DNA of 64,000 nucleotides from IMG/VR virus record IMGVR_UViG_3300044695_004134, positions 1-64,000 of that record. One strand, written 5' to 3'. The notes beneath the pieces are model-generated. The model ran no database searches. It was not told the origin of the DNA and saw nothing but the letters and a program-made list of their open reading frames with translations. Shown here piece after piece: positions 1 to 9,985 of the stretch; the stretch's first letter is position 1; each line of letters starts with the position of its first letter. Position numbers and translations under genes: made by a program. Origin of the DNA: a virus.

Positions 1-9
1 AAGTTTCAT
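1..9 (-). CDS. Probable 5' end of prohead protease gp21 (MKL..., truncated by window edge)
   Basis: ATG AAA CTT overlaps the gp68 stop (ATGA). T4-like gene order puts gp21 here. Only 3 codons are visible. Confidence 0.4.
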
Positions 10-416
10 TTTATTCCCATTGCCTTTCGTTTTCTTAACGATATTTTTCTTTTCCGTAAGATTTGATTCTTCTTACTTCTAAGTTTAATTTTAGCCCTAC
101 GTGCCCCCATCTTACGATGGCGGCGTTCTTGTGAAGACATTCTTACGACTTTGCCTCCACGTATTGTATAACCAGGCACAGATGAGAATTTTTTCCTTCT
201 CTGTACTTTGCCAGCACGTATACGTATACGTACTAACTTTGTTCTACCCATCTTCTGAACGTTAGCTTCAGTTAGACCTAACTTTTCAGATTCTTCTACA
301 ACTATTCGTTGTTTAATTATTTCTAATTTTTGTTCGAATAGTTCTTTAATTCTTTCGTCTATTAACTTTCTGGCTTCGGTTAGGTCACCAGAAAGAAAAC
401 ATTCAACAAGTGACAT
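6..416 (-). CDS. gp68: Prohead core protein, gp68-like
   Basis: 136 aa with an acidic N-half and very basic C-half ending RKRKISLRKRKAMGIK, like the T4 gp68 C-terminus; downstream of portal. Confidence 0.75.
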   Translation of the reverse strand: MSLVECFLSGDLTEARKLIDERIKELFEQKLEIIKQRIVVEESEKLGLTEANVQKMGRTKLVRIRIRAGKVQRRKKFSSVPGYTIRGGKVVRMSSQERRHRKMGARRAKIKLRSKKNQILRKRKISLRKRKAMGIK

Positions 417-949
417 TATGGTCTCAAGCCAAAATTGCCGTAGTTGAATGCCGCAGGGTCATTGAATTGACCACGTTGATAATATGCATTGTCTTTACGT
501 AGTTCTAAAATAATAGTGTAGCTATCTCCATTACCCATACCACGTGTAGTAATACCGATGTTACCGTTTGAACCTGCCGCACCTGCTGTTGGATTTGGAA
601 TTGTAATCCAATTACCAGCACCATCATACTCACCATTCGAATTCAAATAGAATATAGTATTTGATGCTGTTGCAGACCAAAACAATTCCACATCTGTATT
701 AGAAGTGCCTGGAGTATCGTACCACATTCTGTTTACAGATAAACCGTAATATGGAAGTGTTGTGTTTGCAGAACCACCCTGTGTGTTAGCTACAAGAAAA
801 CCATTGGTAGCCAATGCGCCAGACAGTGAGTTAGCTGTAATTCTTGATGTGTTAGATTCTTGACCTGTGCCATCAAATCTAGCTGTCAATTTAATAACAA
901 CGTGTTGTGTATCATCTTTTAATACGTTAATTCCAAATACGTTTGCCAT
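416..949 (-). CDS. Hypothetical head-module protein
   Basis: 177 aa G/N/T-rich ORF coupled to gp68 by a TAATG overlap. Confidence 0.7.
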   Translation of the reverse strand: MANVFGINVLKDDTQHVVIKLTARFDGTGQESNTSRITANSLSGALATNGFLVANTQGGSANTTLPYYGLSVNRMWYDTPGTSNTDVELFWSATASNTIFYLNSNGEYDGAGNWITIPNPTAGAAGSNGNIGITTRGMGNGDSYTIILELRKDNAYYQRGQFNDPAAFNYGNFGLRP

Positions 950-951
950 TT

Positions 952-1659
952 TTATTCCTTAGAAAACTTTGCGATAGTTTGAAAATGTTTTGCCGAGGCT
1001 TCCAACATATCCAGCATCTTCGCTTTATTAGCCTCATTAATTTTTTTGTGTAACTCCATCATCTGTTTTGCCATTTGAGGAGTTATCTCCGATGTTGAAC
1101 CATCCATGTGTTCTACAACAATGGATTTCTTGTCTTCATTTACCTGTTTAATCTTATCAAAAACAGTTTCTTCATTAGCAGACCATTGCATATCTTCATA
1201 CGGAACAGTAACATACTTGTTAATTTTATCTACGTAATAAAGAGCAACACGTTGACCATTTGGAAATTGGCGTACAGATTTTCTACGCATAATTAAAACG
1301 GCAGGTGGATCCAGTTCACGTGTTTGAGAAGTTTTACCTTCCATAACCGGAGTTGAAGTTGCCACTAAAGCACGGTTGTTTTTTAACTTCGAAAGAACAG
1401 GATCGTGAGCATTTATTTCATGTCCGGCCGCATGTAATCTCTGAACATCATTAAGTTGTTCCATGATTGGAGCAAGATATTCTGGATGATGTGCGTGAAA
1501 CATAATATGTGCCGCATAGTCACCGAGGTCAACGGTACCACGTTTCTGAATATCTAAATGATGGTGTAATTCTGTCGGCGACAGCACACCATCTCCATTT
1601 TCATCTGGAGAACTTTCTTCTATAACTTCTCGCTGAAGAAAATCTTTTAGACTTTTCAT
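952..1659 (-). CDS. Putative internal head/core protein with EF-hand-like motif
   Basis: N-terminus MKSLKDFLQREVIEE resembles T4 capsid-targeting leaders; DENGDGVLSPTE fits the EF-hand loop consensus. Confidence 0.55.
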   Translation of the reverse strand: MKSLKDFLQREVIEESSPDENGDGVLSPTELHHHLDIQKRGTVDLGDYAAHIMFHAHHPEYLAPIMEQLNDVQRLHAAGHEINAHDPVLSKLKNNRALVATSTPVMEGKTSQTRELDPPAVLIMRRKSVRQFPNGQRVALYYVDKINKYVTVPYEDMQWSANEETVFDKIKQVNEDKKSIVVEHMDGSTSEITPQMAKQMMELHKKINEANKAKMLDMLEASAKHFQTIAKFSKE

Positions 1660-1835
1660 TATTCCGTTTCTGTTTCAGGTTGATATTGTGCAATTAAATT
1701 TTGTGCCAATTGTTGTTTACGTTGTTCAATCGCATCAAAGATTTTATCATTGATTTCATTATACAAAGCATCACGCATTTTTACTGCATCATCTTGAAAT
1801 GCATAATCAACTACCGTTTTAAGATTATCATTCAT
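1659..1835 (-). CDS. Small prohead core protein, gp67-like position
   Basis: Short acidic helical ORF right after portal. GGAG upstream of ATG 1835 favours this start over 1847. Confidence 0.55.
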   Translation of the reverse strand: MNDNLKTVVDYAFQDDAVKMRDALYNEINDKIFDAIEQRKQQLAQNLIAQYQPETETE

Positions 1836-1858
1836 ATTCTTCTCCATTAATAATTAAA

Positions 1859-1866
1859 TATTTATA
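1859..1866 (-). promoter_or_regulatory. T4-type late promoter TATAAATA
   Basis: Exact match on the minus strand, overlapping the portal stop and upstream of the core genes. Confidence 0.75.
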
Positions 1867-3556
1867 ACACTCTTTGAAGCATACGCATCGTTGGAGTGTA
1901 ATCATTGTTTAGGCTTAAATCGCCTTTAGGTGTTTGTGCATTATCTTGTGGTGATGGATTTGGAGCAGGCACTGGTGCACCGCCTCCACCGCCAGCACCT
2001 GCGGCGCCAGCACCATCAGGATTCATCAACTCTTGTTGTCCTTGCTGTGCAATTTGCATTGGATCCATAATTAGACCGGCAGCTTTTTCTTTATCAATTT
2101 GTTTTTGCATCTCTTTAATGTCATCGTCAGATAGACGTAGAACATTACGTTGAATCCATTCCATAGAATAGTAGCGACCAACATATGGATCAACTGAACC
2201 GAGAAGTGATAGACGCTCACGTACCAATTCTGCTTCTTTTAATTCGGCAAAGTTATTGTCTTTTAAGAAATCGAAATAAATGTTTTCTTTAAAGTCATCA
2301 AACTCATCTGATGTGCAAATACCCTTTAGTACACACTGTACACGGAGTGCTTGTGAAAATATCTCTGAAAACTTTTGGCGTTGACGATCCACAAACTTAC
2401 CGAACTTAACTTCGTCACGTGATATTTCGCCAACACGACCTAATGAGAAGCCTGAACTTTCTGGATTCAAACGTGAAACTGGAACGTTGAGTGACTTGTA
2501 TAGTTTCTTTTCGAAATACTTAACGTCTTCTAATTCACCTAAGTTCTGTCCACCAGGTAAAGTGGTAATCTCTGTACCTTTACCGCCTTCACGGCGAGGG
2601 AGCCAGAAGTCTTCCATCATTGAAAGATGTTTACGGTCATCACGTACTTCACCTGTCTGTGCATCATACACCAACTTGTTTTTATACTTGACCATAATAT
2701 CACGGAGATACTGCTCTGCTTTCAACTTTGGTAGATTACCTACGTCAATGTAGAAGATTCTACGTTCAGGCGCACGTGAGATACGATAGATAACAGTTGC
2801 ATCTTCAATCATTCGCAACTGGTTTAATGGTTTAATGGCTTTATGTAAGTACGATAACACAACAGCACGGCGGGAGTCCATCAAACCGGAGTTGATATTA
2901 ATGATTGCATCTTTAGCGATACGAACACCAACTGGTCCGTAGCTTGAAGATGTTCCCGAAACTACCTTATCATTATAGATGTAGTATTCGTTGACAGTCT
3001 GCACAACATCAACTGATGTTCCCGTGTCTTTATCTTTTTTGATTTCACGTATCTTACGTATCTTACGTGGATCAATATATCTGAGTGCTTTAATACCGTC
3101 TTGTGGACTTTTATCATCGAGAATGATGTGATAAAAAAGTCTTCCGTCAATATAGAATCTACGGAAAGTATCGGTAGACATGTTTTGGTAATTTAACAAT
3201 CTAAGAACAACACCGAATTCTTCTTCGATTGCTTTTTTAATTTTCTCAGGTTGCTTCAAATCGTCCATGATAATACGAACAGATTTTCCGTCATCGTTCT
3301 GTACAATTGCTTCATTGACAATATCATCAACCGCAGATTCAATCTCTGGTTGCATTGCCATTTCACGATATCGGGAAATCAACTCGACTTCGTTTTTTGC
3401 TGTGCCATCTAAATCAACATATGTGCCGTAATAAGCGGCTGACGAAATGGTTAAAGCACCATCTTCATTAGAAGGTGGAGCAAAGGTTTTCTCCGACTGC
3501 TGTTCAAGGTCAGCCTTTTGTCTGGAGATTTGGAAACCGAAAAGATTTAGTGCCAT
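1862..3556 (-). CDS. gp20: Portal vertex protein
   Basis: Hallmark motifs YRISRAPERRIFYIDVGNLPK and EDFWLPRREGGKGTEITTLPGG. Confidence 0.97.
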   Translation of the reverse strand: MALNLFGFQISRQKADLEQQSEKTFAPPSNEDGALTISSAAYYGTYVDLDGTAKNEVELISRYREMAMQPEIESAVDDIVNEAIVQNDDGKSVRIIMDDLKQPEKIKKAIEEEFGVVLRLLNYQNMSTDTFRRFYIDGRLFYHIILDDKSPQDGIKALRYIDPRKIRKIREIKKDKDTGTSVDVVQTVNEYYIYNDKVVSGTSSSYGPVGVRIAKDAIININSGLMDSRRAVVLSYLHKAIKPLNQLRMIEDATVIYRISRAPERRIFYIDVGNLPKLKAEQYLRDIMVKYKNKLVYDAQTGEVRDDRKHLSMMEDFWLPRREGGKGTEITTLPGGQNLGELEDVKYFEKKLYKSLNVPVSRLNPESSGFSLGRVGEISRDEVKFGKFVDRQRQKFSEIFSQALRVQCVLKGICTSDEFDDFKENIYFDFLKDNNFAELKEAELVRERLSLLGSVDPYVGRYYSMEWIQRNVLRLSDDDIKEMQKQIDKEKAAGLIMDPMQIAQQGQQELMNPDGAGAAGAGGGGGAPVPAPNPSPQDNAQTPKGDLSLNNDYTPTMRMLQRVL

Positions 3557-3584
3557 ATTAGTTTATTTCCAATTCAAGTAAACA

Positions 3585-3607
3585 TAAAGGGGGGAATTAA
3601 TCCCCCA
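3585..3607 (-). terminator. Probable intrinsic terminator after tail tube gene
   Basis: Minus strand GGGGGA-TTAAT-TCCCCC hairpin followed by CTTTATGTTT. Confidence 0.6.
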
Positions 3608-3612
3608 TATAA

Positions 3613-4155
3613 TTAGGAAGTAGAGTCGGATTCCCACCACTGATATGCTAGGGTTGCTGTAAATTCTTCGATAGCATCATTAGAGCCCCAATCCAAATCA
3701 ATTGGTGACAAATCGACTGGGAATATTCCAACAAATTTATATGTCTTCAAAATATTACCAGCTTTGTCGAATTGGTCAACCTTAGCGTCAACTGAATAGC
3801 CTGTTGGACTACCAGCAGTTGCATTACGCAAGTTACCACCATGAGAATTAATACCATTCATCCATGATTCGAATGCTCTACGCACTTTGAAGTTTTCATC
3901 ATTGATGATTGTGATTGTCCAGTCAGCAAAGTTTCTGTTTCCAGCAAACTTCAACTCACGACCAAAGTAATATAGTGGAACAGTACCAACAGTTGAACCT
4001 GGCAATTGTGCAGTCTTGCAAAGGAATGTTAGTGCTTGTCCAGAATTCACTGGGTCGATAGTGAAGGTTGGAAAAGTCATTGTGACTTGGAACAGGTTAG
4101 GGCGGGCACCATCTCCGATGAGATTTGCACGAAACTCTGTTACGTTAAAAGCCAT
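3613..4155 (-). CDS. gp19: Tail tube protein
   Basis: GARPNLF, CKTAQLPGST, FAGNRNFADWTITIINDE motifs; follows sheath. Confidence 0.95.
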   Translation of the reverse strand: MAFNVTEFRANLIGDGARPNLFQVTMTFPTFTIDPVNSGQALTFLCKTAQLPGSTVGTVPLYYFGRELKFAGNRNFADWTITIINDENFKVRRAFESWMNGINSHGGNLRNATAGSPTGYSVDAKVDQFDKAGNILKTYKFVGIFPVDLSPIDLDWGSNDAIEEFTATLAYQWWESDSTS

Positions 4156-4181
4156 TATTGTCTCCTATTTCTTATTATTTA

Positions 4182-5939
4182 TTACACAGAGCCAACGATT
4201 TCATTGAAACTTACACCGGTGCGTACAGCAACAAAGTTCAACTGAATGTAGTTGATAGAACGTGCAGGCTTGATGTAAATGTCACCAATGAATTTGTTAG
4301 AATCTATGACTTCAGGTGTATTATTTGTGGTATCGCAAACAACACGGTAGTCATAAATGCCACGGCGACCTTTAACGTCACGTAGGAATGGCTCAACTAA
4401 AGCAATAAATTGGGCACGGGTAAACTCATCATTCAATTCGAATAGAGAATACTTAGATGCTGATGCAATTGCTTTTTCTAACACAATGAACAATCTACGA
4501 ACATTAATACGGCTGAATGCAGATGGTTGTGTTATCAAAGTCTTGTCGCCATACAACATTGTACCTTGACCAGGGAAAGAAACAACTGGGTTAACACCAA
4601 CTGAATAAATGGCATCACGTTGTGCTTGTGTTGGATTCCATGCCAATTTAACAACGTTTTTAATTGCACCACGACTTACGCCTGCTGGTGAGAACCAAGG
4701 ATCACGTGTTTGGTCTGTACGAACACATAGTCCAGCAATATCACCGTTCAATGGAATCCAACGGTACACATTATTATACTTGTCGAATTGGTATTTCCAA
4801 CCAGAATCCGCAACAGCATATGTTGAAGCACGTGCCAATGTTGTAATCCAAGTGGTAACAGAAGTTTCAGGAGTTGCGCCGCCAACAATACCAGATTGTG
4901 GTGGAGACAAGAACGTTATACAATCTTTACGTGCGGCAGCAATAGAATCGATTGTATATTGTTGCACCGTGGCAACGGCTGTAATAGGACTGCTGGTGTT
5001 TGAAGACACACCTGCGTCACCAGTAATTATTAATGAAATATCAACAACGTCTGGGTTTGTGAACTCACCGTAAGCGGTTGTGTAATCTGCTGTTGTCAAA
5101 GGTAAGTTTGTACCGGCTCCAAGTGAAACTGTTGAACCTACGTTATTTGCGGCCATAAAGCAACCACCAAATTGTGTATTGGCAGTTTGACCCCATGTAT
5201 CAGATGTGTTTGCTGAATCAACTGGACCTAATGCATAAATGTACTTTGATTGGTCACGTAGAACTTGTCTGTAATAAGAAGTTGAACCGTCATCACCTGT
5301 TGAATCCGATGCTTTTGATAGGTATGGGAACACTTCAAGAACGGTACCCTTAGCGCCTTGGCTAAACAAACCATCTTCATCAACAACAACTAAGTGGAAC
5401 TGGTCATTTGCACCACCAGAAGTGGCAACATATGATGAAGTATTTGGTGCCGCAGGGAAATATGATTTGTATGTCCAAGATGTGAACGTTGAACCTGTTG
5501 CATTTGCATTTGCGGTGTTAGAATCCCAAACAGAAACCTTTAATGAGTTTCCTAAAGCACCAGGATAACGAGCAACAAATGATTGTGTATTATAATCTGT
5601 AATATATGCTGTATCATATACATCAACATTGTTAATTGTCAAAAGATTGTTCGTATTTGAAGAAGCATTTCTAGAATTGCTGTTGGCCGCACGAACAACT
5701 TGTAGATTGTTTCCATAAGCTAAAAAGTTAGCCGCTGAAAAGAATGAAGTTGCAGTGTTGCCGTCTGGATGACCAAACTTGTTAACTAAATCTGTTTCGT
5801 GTGATACGAGTGTTCTTCGTCCTACTGGTCCCCATTGGAATGGTCCAGCGAATGCACCGGCTGTAGTAGATACCGCAGGAACAACTGTTGTTAAGTCGAC
5901 CTCGGATACACTTACGCCTGGAGAAATTTGAAACGCCAT
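4182..5939 (-). CDS. gp18: Tail sheath protein
   Basis: SPGVSVSEVD, FQWGP, PWFSPAG, RINVRRLF, YIKPARSINYIQLNF. Confidence 0.97.
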   Translation of the reverse strand: MAFQISPGVSVSEVDLTTVVPAVSTTAGAFAGPFQWGPVGRRTLVSHETDLVNKFGHPDGNTATSFFSAANFLAYGNNLQVVRAANSNSRNASSNTNNLLTINNVDVYDTAYITDYNTQSFVARYPGALGNSLKVSVWDSNTANANATGSTFTSWTYKSYFPAAPNTSSYVATSGGANDQFHLVVVDEDGLFSQGAKGTVLEVFPYLSKASDSTGDDGSTSYYRQVLRDQSKYIYALGPVDSANTSDTWGQTANTQFGGCFMAANNVGSTVSLGAGTNLPLTTADYTTAYGEFTNPDVVDISLIITGDAGVSSNTSSPITAVATVQQYTIDSIAAARKDCITFLSPPQSGIVGGATPETSVTTWITTLARASTYAVADSGWKYQFDKYNNVYRWIPLNGDIAGLCVRTDQTRDPWFSPAGVSRGAIKNVVKLAWNPTQAQRDAIYSVGVNPVVSFPGQGTMLYGDKTLITQPSAFSRINVRRLFIVLEKAIASASKYSLFELNDEFTRAQFIALVEPFLRDVKGRRGIYDYRVVCDTTNNTPEVIDSNKFIGDIYIKPARSINYIQLNFVAVRTGVSFNEIVGSV

Positions 5940-5988
5940 TTTACTCTCCTTGTTTTATAATGTTATTTGGCAGTAATAACCTATAATA

Positions 5989-5996
5989 TATTTATG
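5989..5996 (-). promoter_or_regulatory. Late promoter variant CATAAATA
   Basis: 7/8 match in the intergenic region upstream of gp18. Confidence 0.55.
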
Positions 5997-6013
5997 AATT
6001 GATGGTTTTATAG

Positions 6014-7684
6014 TTAACCCATAAAGAAGCTAGAAGAAATTTTATCCTCATCTTCTCTTGTCATCCAAACATCACCACCTTCTATGATGTAATTTTTATC
6101 AGTACCATCATCAAAAATACCAAAAGATGGCATTTCTTCGTCTGATTGATTTAACATTTCCAACTGCATCTGCTTTCTCAAATCATGGTTGACAATCTCT
6201 TTGAAGTATTGTTGTGTTGTCATCCATGCAAACATGACCAGAGTCATTACAATATCATCATTCGCACCTTCTTCTGCCTTAAAACTATTGAGTGATGACA
6301 CAAAAGTTGTTAGCTGAGAGATGGTATCAAAATCGTTAATAATTAATTTGTCATTTTCTATCAAAGTCTTAAGGTTGGAACAACCAATTCTCTTGACTTG
6401 TGGTGACATTTTCAACCCAAGCTGAATGCCACGACCAAAACCTGTACCCATTGCTTGTGCTTTTTTGTTACCAGTTTCAATCTTTACTACGTTTTCATAT
6501 TCAAGGTCCTGATGTAAAGTATCAGCAATCTGTGGTGTGTTATTTATCTCTATTAAAACGTATGCATCGTTGAATAGTTTAGCTGTATTGTAAATGACGG
6601 TTGGGAATAGAACAGGAGAAATCGATGAAGAATTGTACTTTGCTACTTGACGGTATGGTATTGAAGACACATCAAATACTGTGAAACTGGATGCATCCAA
6701 GTTTCTGCCTTCCGCTGGATCGACCGTCATTGCATAGATGTGGTCAGCAGAACGTTCTTCATCACCTTTAATTGGATACTCATAAATGTCAAGCATCTCA
6801 TGTTTGGCAATTGGTTCTTTATATACCAACTGTGCAAGTTTGGAACCAGAGATAAGTGTGTTTGTGGAACCCAAGAACTCACATTCAAACTCTTGTCTGA
6901 ATTGTTCTTCTGATGTGTTCTTGATTGTTTCTTCTTTCCACTTTTCATCACGACCTGGAACCATAGACCAGTGAATCTCGAAAGTTTTGTAGCCGTTCTT
7001 TTTACCAATAGCATCCATCCAGAGTTTGTAGAATAGATTCATGCCGTTAGGAGTAGATACAATAATAATCTTTGTAGTCTTACCAGATGAGATAACAGGG
7101 TAAACAGAGTTGAAGAACTCATTGGCAATGTTGGCTGGAACGAACGCAAATTCGTCCAAGAATACTACGTTGAAAGAACCTCCACGAACAGCAGAACTGG
7201 ATGTGGATGCCGCAATAATCTTTGAGCCGTTTTCTAGTTCAACGTTACCTTTGTTCCATGTCACAACACCTTGTTGTAGCCATATGGGAAGATTTTCATA
7301 TGCTAACTGATACTTGGCAAGAATGTCACGTGCCAATGAACCTTTGTTGGCAAGAACGGCAATGTTTTGTGAATCTGAAAAGAGTGTGAGCCAAAGAAGA
7401 TATGCAACTGAGGTGGTAGTTTTACCAACCTGACGAGGACATTTTGTAATTGAAAATCGGTTCTCATGGTATGTTTGAATCATTTCCTTTTGGAAATCCC
7501 ACATACGAAACGGCATCAGACCTTCATCAACGTTAACGATCTTAATGTATTTCATTGCAAAATACACCGGATCTTTAGAACACTTTATGTATTCGTCAAC
7601 TTCTTCTTGTGTGTAAGGGTGTTCTACACCAACTTTCTTAAGAAGTGGATTGTCACGATAAGACGTTTTACTGTTAAGAATCAT
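6014..7684 (-). CDS. gp17: Terminase large subunit
   Basis: Walker A PRQVGKTT, Walker B VVFLDEFAF, STPNG coupling motif, C-terminal DDIVM nuclease motif. Confidence 0.97.
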   Translation of the reverse strand: MILNSKTSYRDNPLLKKVGVEHPYTQEEVDEYIKCSKDPVYFAMKYIKIVNVDEGLMPFRMWDFQKEMIQTYHENRFSITKCPRQVGKTTTSVAYLLWLTLFSDSQNIAVLANKGSLARDILAKYQLAYENLPIWLQQGVVTWNKGNVELENGSKIIAASTSSSAVRGGSFNVVFLDEFAFVPANIANEFFNSVYPVISSGKTTKIIIVSTPNGMNLFYKLWMDAIGKKNGYKTFEIHWSMVPGRDEKWKEETIKNTSEEQFRQEFECEFLGSTNTLISGSKLAQLVYKEPIAKHEMLDIYEYPIKGDEERSADHIYAMTVDPAEGRNLDASSFTVFDVSSIPYRQVAKYNSSSISPVLFPTVIYNTAKLFNDAYVLIEINNTPQIADTLHQDLEYENVVKIETGNKKAQAMGTGFGRGIQLGLKMSPQVKRIGCSNLKTLIENDKLIINDFDTISQLTTFVSSLNSFKAEEGANDDIVMTLVMFAWMTTQQYFKEIVNHDLRKQMQLEMLNQSDEEMPSFGIFDDGTDKNYIIEGGDVWMTREDEDKISSSFFMG

Positions 7685-8096
7685 TTCGGTTTTTTAACAA
7701 CTTTGATAACTCTGAAGTTGATCCTACAAAAATAGCCTTGTCAACATTTACACCAGAATCACTTTTCTTGATGTTCTTTAGTTCCCTAATGGTCTTCTGC
7801 ATCGCCATTAATTTTTCATTTGCTTCTGCTGTATTCTTAATGAGAGTAGCAACAACTTCAAATGCACGTGGGTGTTCTGTCTCTGATGCAATAGCAAGGA
7901 GATGGTCAATTGCTTGATTACCTTTTACAACCAACTCTTTAAGTGTTTGTCTCGATTCTTGATAATCATCATCGAGGTCACCATCAAGGTTTTTGGTAAC
8001 TTGTGATTCTATTTTTGCGGGTAAGTGTTCGGTTTTTTCGATGGTCTTTGGTACCACATCAAATATTTCACTCATACTGTTTTCAAATTTGGACAT
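7674..8096 (-). CDS. gp16: Terminase small subunit
   Basis: HPRAFEV and FVGSTSEL motifs; overlaps the gp17 start. Confidence 0.9.
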   Translation of the reverse strand: MSKFENSMSEIFDVVPKTIEKTEHLPAKIESQVTKNLDGDLDDDYQESRQTLKELVVKGNQAIDHLLAIASETEHPRAFEVVATLIKNTAEANEKLMAMQKTIRELKNIKKSDSGVNVDKAIFVGSTSELSKLLKNRNDS

Positions 8097-8113
8097 TTTT
8101 TGGTGTATTGTAC

Positions 8114-9112
8114 TTAAACAATATTGGGGAATTCTGTTATTTGTGTGGTATATGTATAGTTGTTAGGCATTACAACATTAAGTGGATTAGGTTCTATCTC
8201 CACTCTAACCGTATTAATTGGTGTGGCCACAAAAGATGATGGTACCCAAGTTGTGTTTGTTGTATAACCTTTGACACCGGTGCCAGTTACAAAGTGTCCG
8301 TTCAAATCTGTTAATTCTAGTTTACGTGTGGTGCTATACCAAGAACGTACTTTTGCTGTTGCAGTTGCAGTTTCATAAGAGTAACCTTGGTATACAATTT
8401 CATCAAGTTGATAATTACCAAACCCACCAGCAGACATTGTGGCCGTTACTGTATTGTATTTTAATTTGTTATCATCAAGTATGTTTGTGATTGCTGTTCT
8501 GACTATTTTAGGTTCTCTAATTGCACCGTACAGGTAACCTTTTACAGTGAACGTTAGCGTCCAGATAACATTTCGAACTTTCGAATTATAATCACCCTCA
8601 TAATCAACTTCATTCGTAACACCTTTTAGTATAATAGGTAACTGTTTAATGATACCCATTTCAGGAACTAAATTAACACTTACAGTGTAATCGGGTGTAA
8701 AGTATGGAAGAATCTTTTCCATAAGTTGCGCGCCATCTTCGATGTTTCGGACATATGCAAAGAGTGAGAATTCAAAATCAAATGGAACTGGATTATAAAC
8801 CGCCAGTGTAGATCCAGATTGACCAGAGTGTGCTGTTGTCTTCATGTTGGTGTTTAACTTACGAGAAGGATCATAAGTCATATTTGTCATTTCAAACGAC
8901 ATAATAGGTAACGTGATCTGTACTTTTTTGTCCAACTCTGGATCGCCGTCTAAACGTGAAACGTATTTCTCTTTTCCACCATACACAATTGGAACAAGAA
9001 AATTCTCCTGCTCTACTCCGTTATCATCATACCTTGATAATTTAATTTCATTGAAAAGATTACCAAAAGCGATAACAACTTTTCTAATTGTTCTATGATA
9101 TGCGTAACTCAT
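8114..9112 (-). CDS. gp15: Tail sheath stabiliser/completion protein
   Basis: FGNLFNEI, VPIVYG, LPIMSFE, ILPYFTP motifs; gene order. Confidence 0.9.
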   Translation of the reverse strand: MSYAYHRTIRKVVIAFGNLFNEIKLSRYDDNGVEQENFLVPIVYGGKEKYVSRLDGDPELDKKVQITLPIMSFEMTNMTYDPSRKLNTNMKTTAHSGQSGSTLAVYNPVPFDFEFSLFAYVRNIEDGAQLMEKILPYFTPDYTVSVNLVPEMGIIKQLPIILKGVTNEVDYEGDYNSKVRNVIWTLTFTVKGYLYGAIREPKIVRTAITNILDDNKLKYNTVTATMSAGGFGNYQLDEIVYQGYSYETATATAKVRSWYSTTRKLELTDLNGHFVTGTGVKGYTTNTTWVPSSFVATPINTVRVEIEPNPLNVVMPNNYTYTTQITEFPNIV

Positions 9113-9984
9113 GTTGGTGTACCGAATGGATTAATTTCAGATAAGTCAACAAAGTCTGTTGCCTCTGTCTGTATGAGTTTATTATCATACATTTCACGAG
9201 ATTGTGGGTCTAAGAGAGTGTCTGGTGTTGATGAGATAGTAAATGTTGCATTACTATTTGCACCTCGCATTATTGAGTTATTTGCAAAAGTTCCAAGTAT
9301 GTCGGTGATTTTCAACACACCGTCTGGTCTATTCCAGTATACAACTGTTCCCACATTGTTTGCTGAATTATTTGCACGCACTCTTTCACCAACAATGAAG
9401 TTATTTGAGTTTACATTTGCTGACACGTTCAATGTTATATTATAAGCATCTAGATTAACAATATTATCAATATCTGAAATACCAACATCAATTGTTTCTT
9501 GTGAGTATTTGAATTTCTCAAGTTCGAGTTTATAAAAATATGGATACTTATTACCTAAAACATAGAATGCTTCAGAGTAATTGACGTATTTGATTTCATA
9601 CATCTCACCAGATTGTGATAAGAATGGAATGTAAATCAAATCACCTTCTCTGGGTCTTTGATATGTCTGTGGTACCCAACGTGAAAAAGAACGTTTTGAA
9701 ACAATCACAGACATATTGTTGCGGATTTCTAAACCAAATTTAGAAAAGAACTCACGTTCACCTTCATAACCATCTACGTTTGTAATGTATAATTCTAACG
9801 GATATGATGCATCAAATCTTTTTAATGGATCTTCACCGTAAATTAAATCTCTCGCAGACTCATTAGTATTTGGAATGTAATAGCAATCCACACCATTAAT
9901 TTTAATGGTTTCAATCATCAAGTCTTCCATGAGCCTTTGTTCCGGACTACTTCCGAAATTATTAAAATATAAATTGGTCGCCAT
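9109..9984 (-). CDS. gp14: Neck protein
   Basis: GVDCYYIP, SKFGLEI, RPREGDLIY, C-terminal NPFG. Confidence 0.92.
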   Translation of the reverse strand: MATNLYFNNFGSSPEQRLMEDLMIETIKINGVDCYYIPNTNESARDLIYGEDPLKRFDASYPLELYITNVDGYEGEREFFSKFGLEIRNNMSVIVSKRSFSRWVPQTYQRPREGDLIYIPFLSQSGEMYEIKYVNYSEAFYVLGNKYPYFYKLELEKFKYSQETIDVGISDIDNIVNLDAYNITLNVSANVNSNNFIVGERVRANNSANNVGTVVYWNRPDGVLKITDILGTFANNSIMRGANSNATFTISSTPDTLLDPQSREMYDNKLIQTEATDFVDLSEINPFGTPT

Positions 9985-9985
9985 G

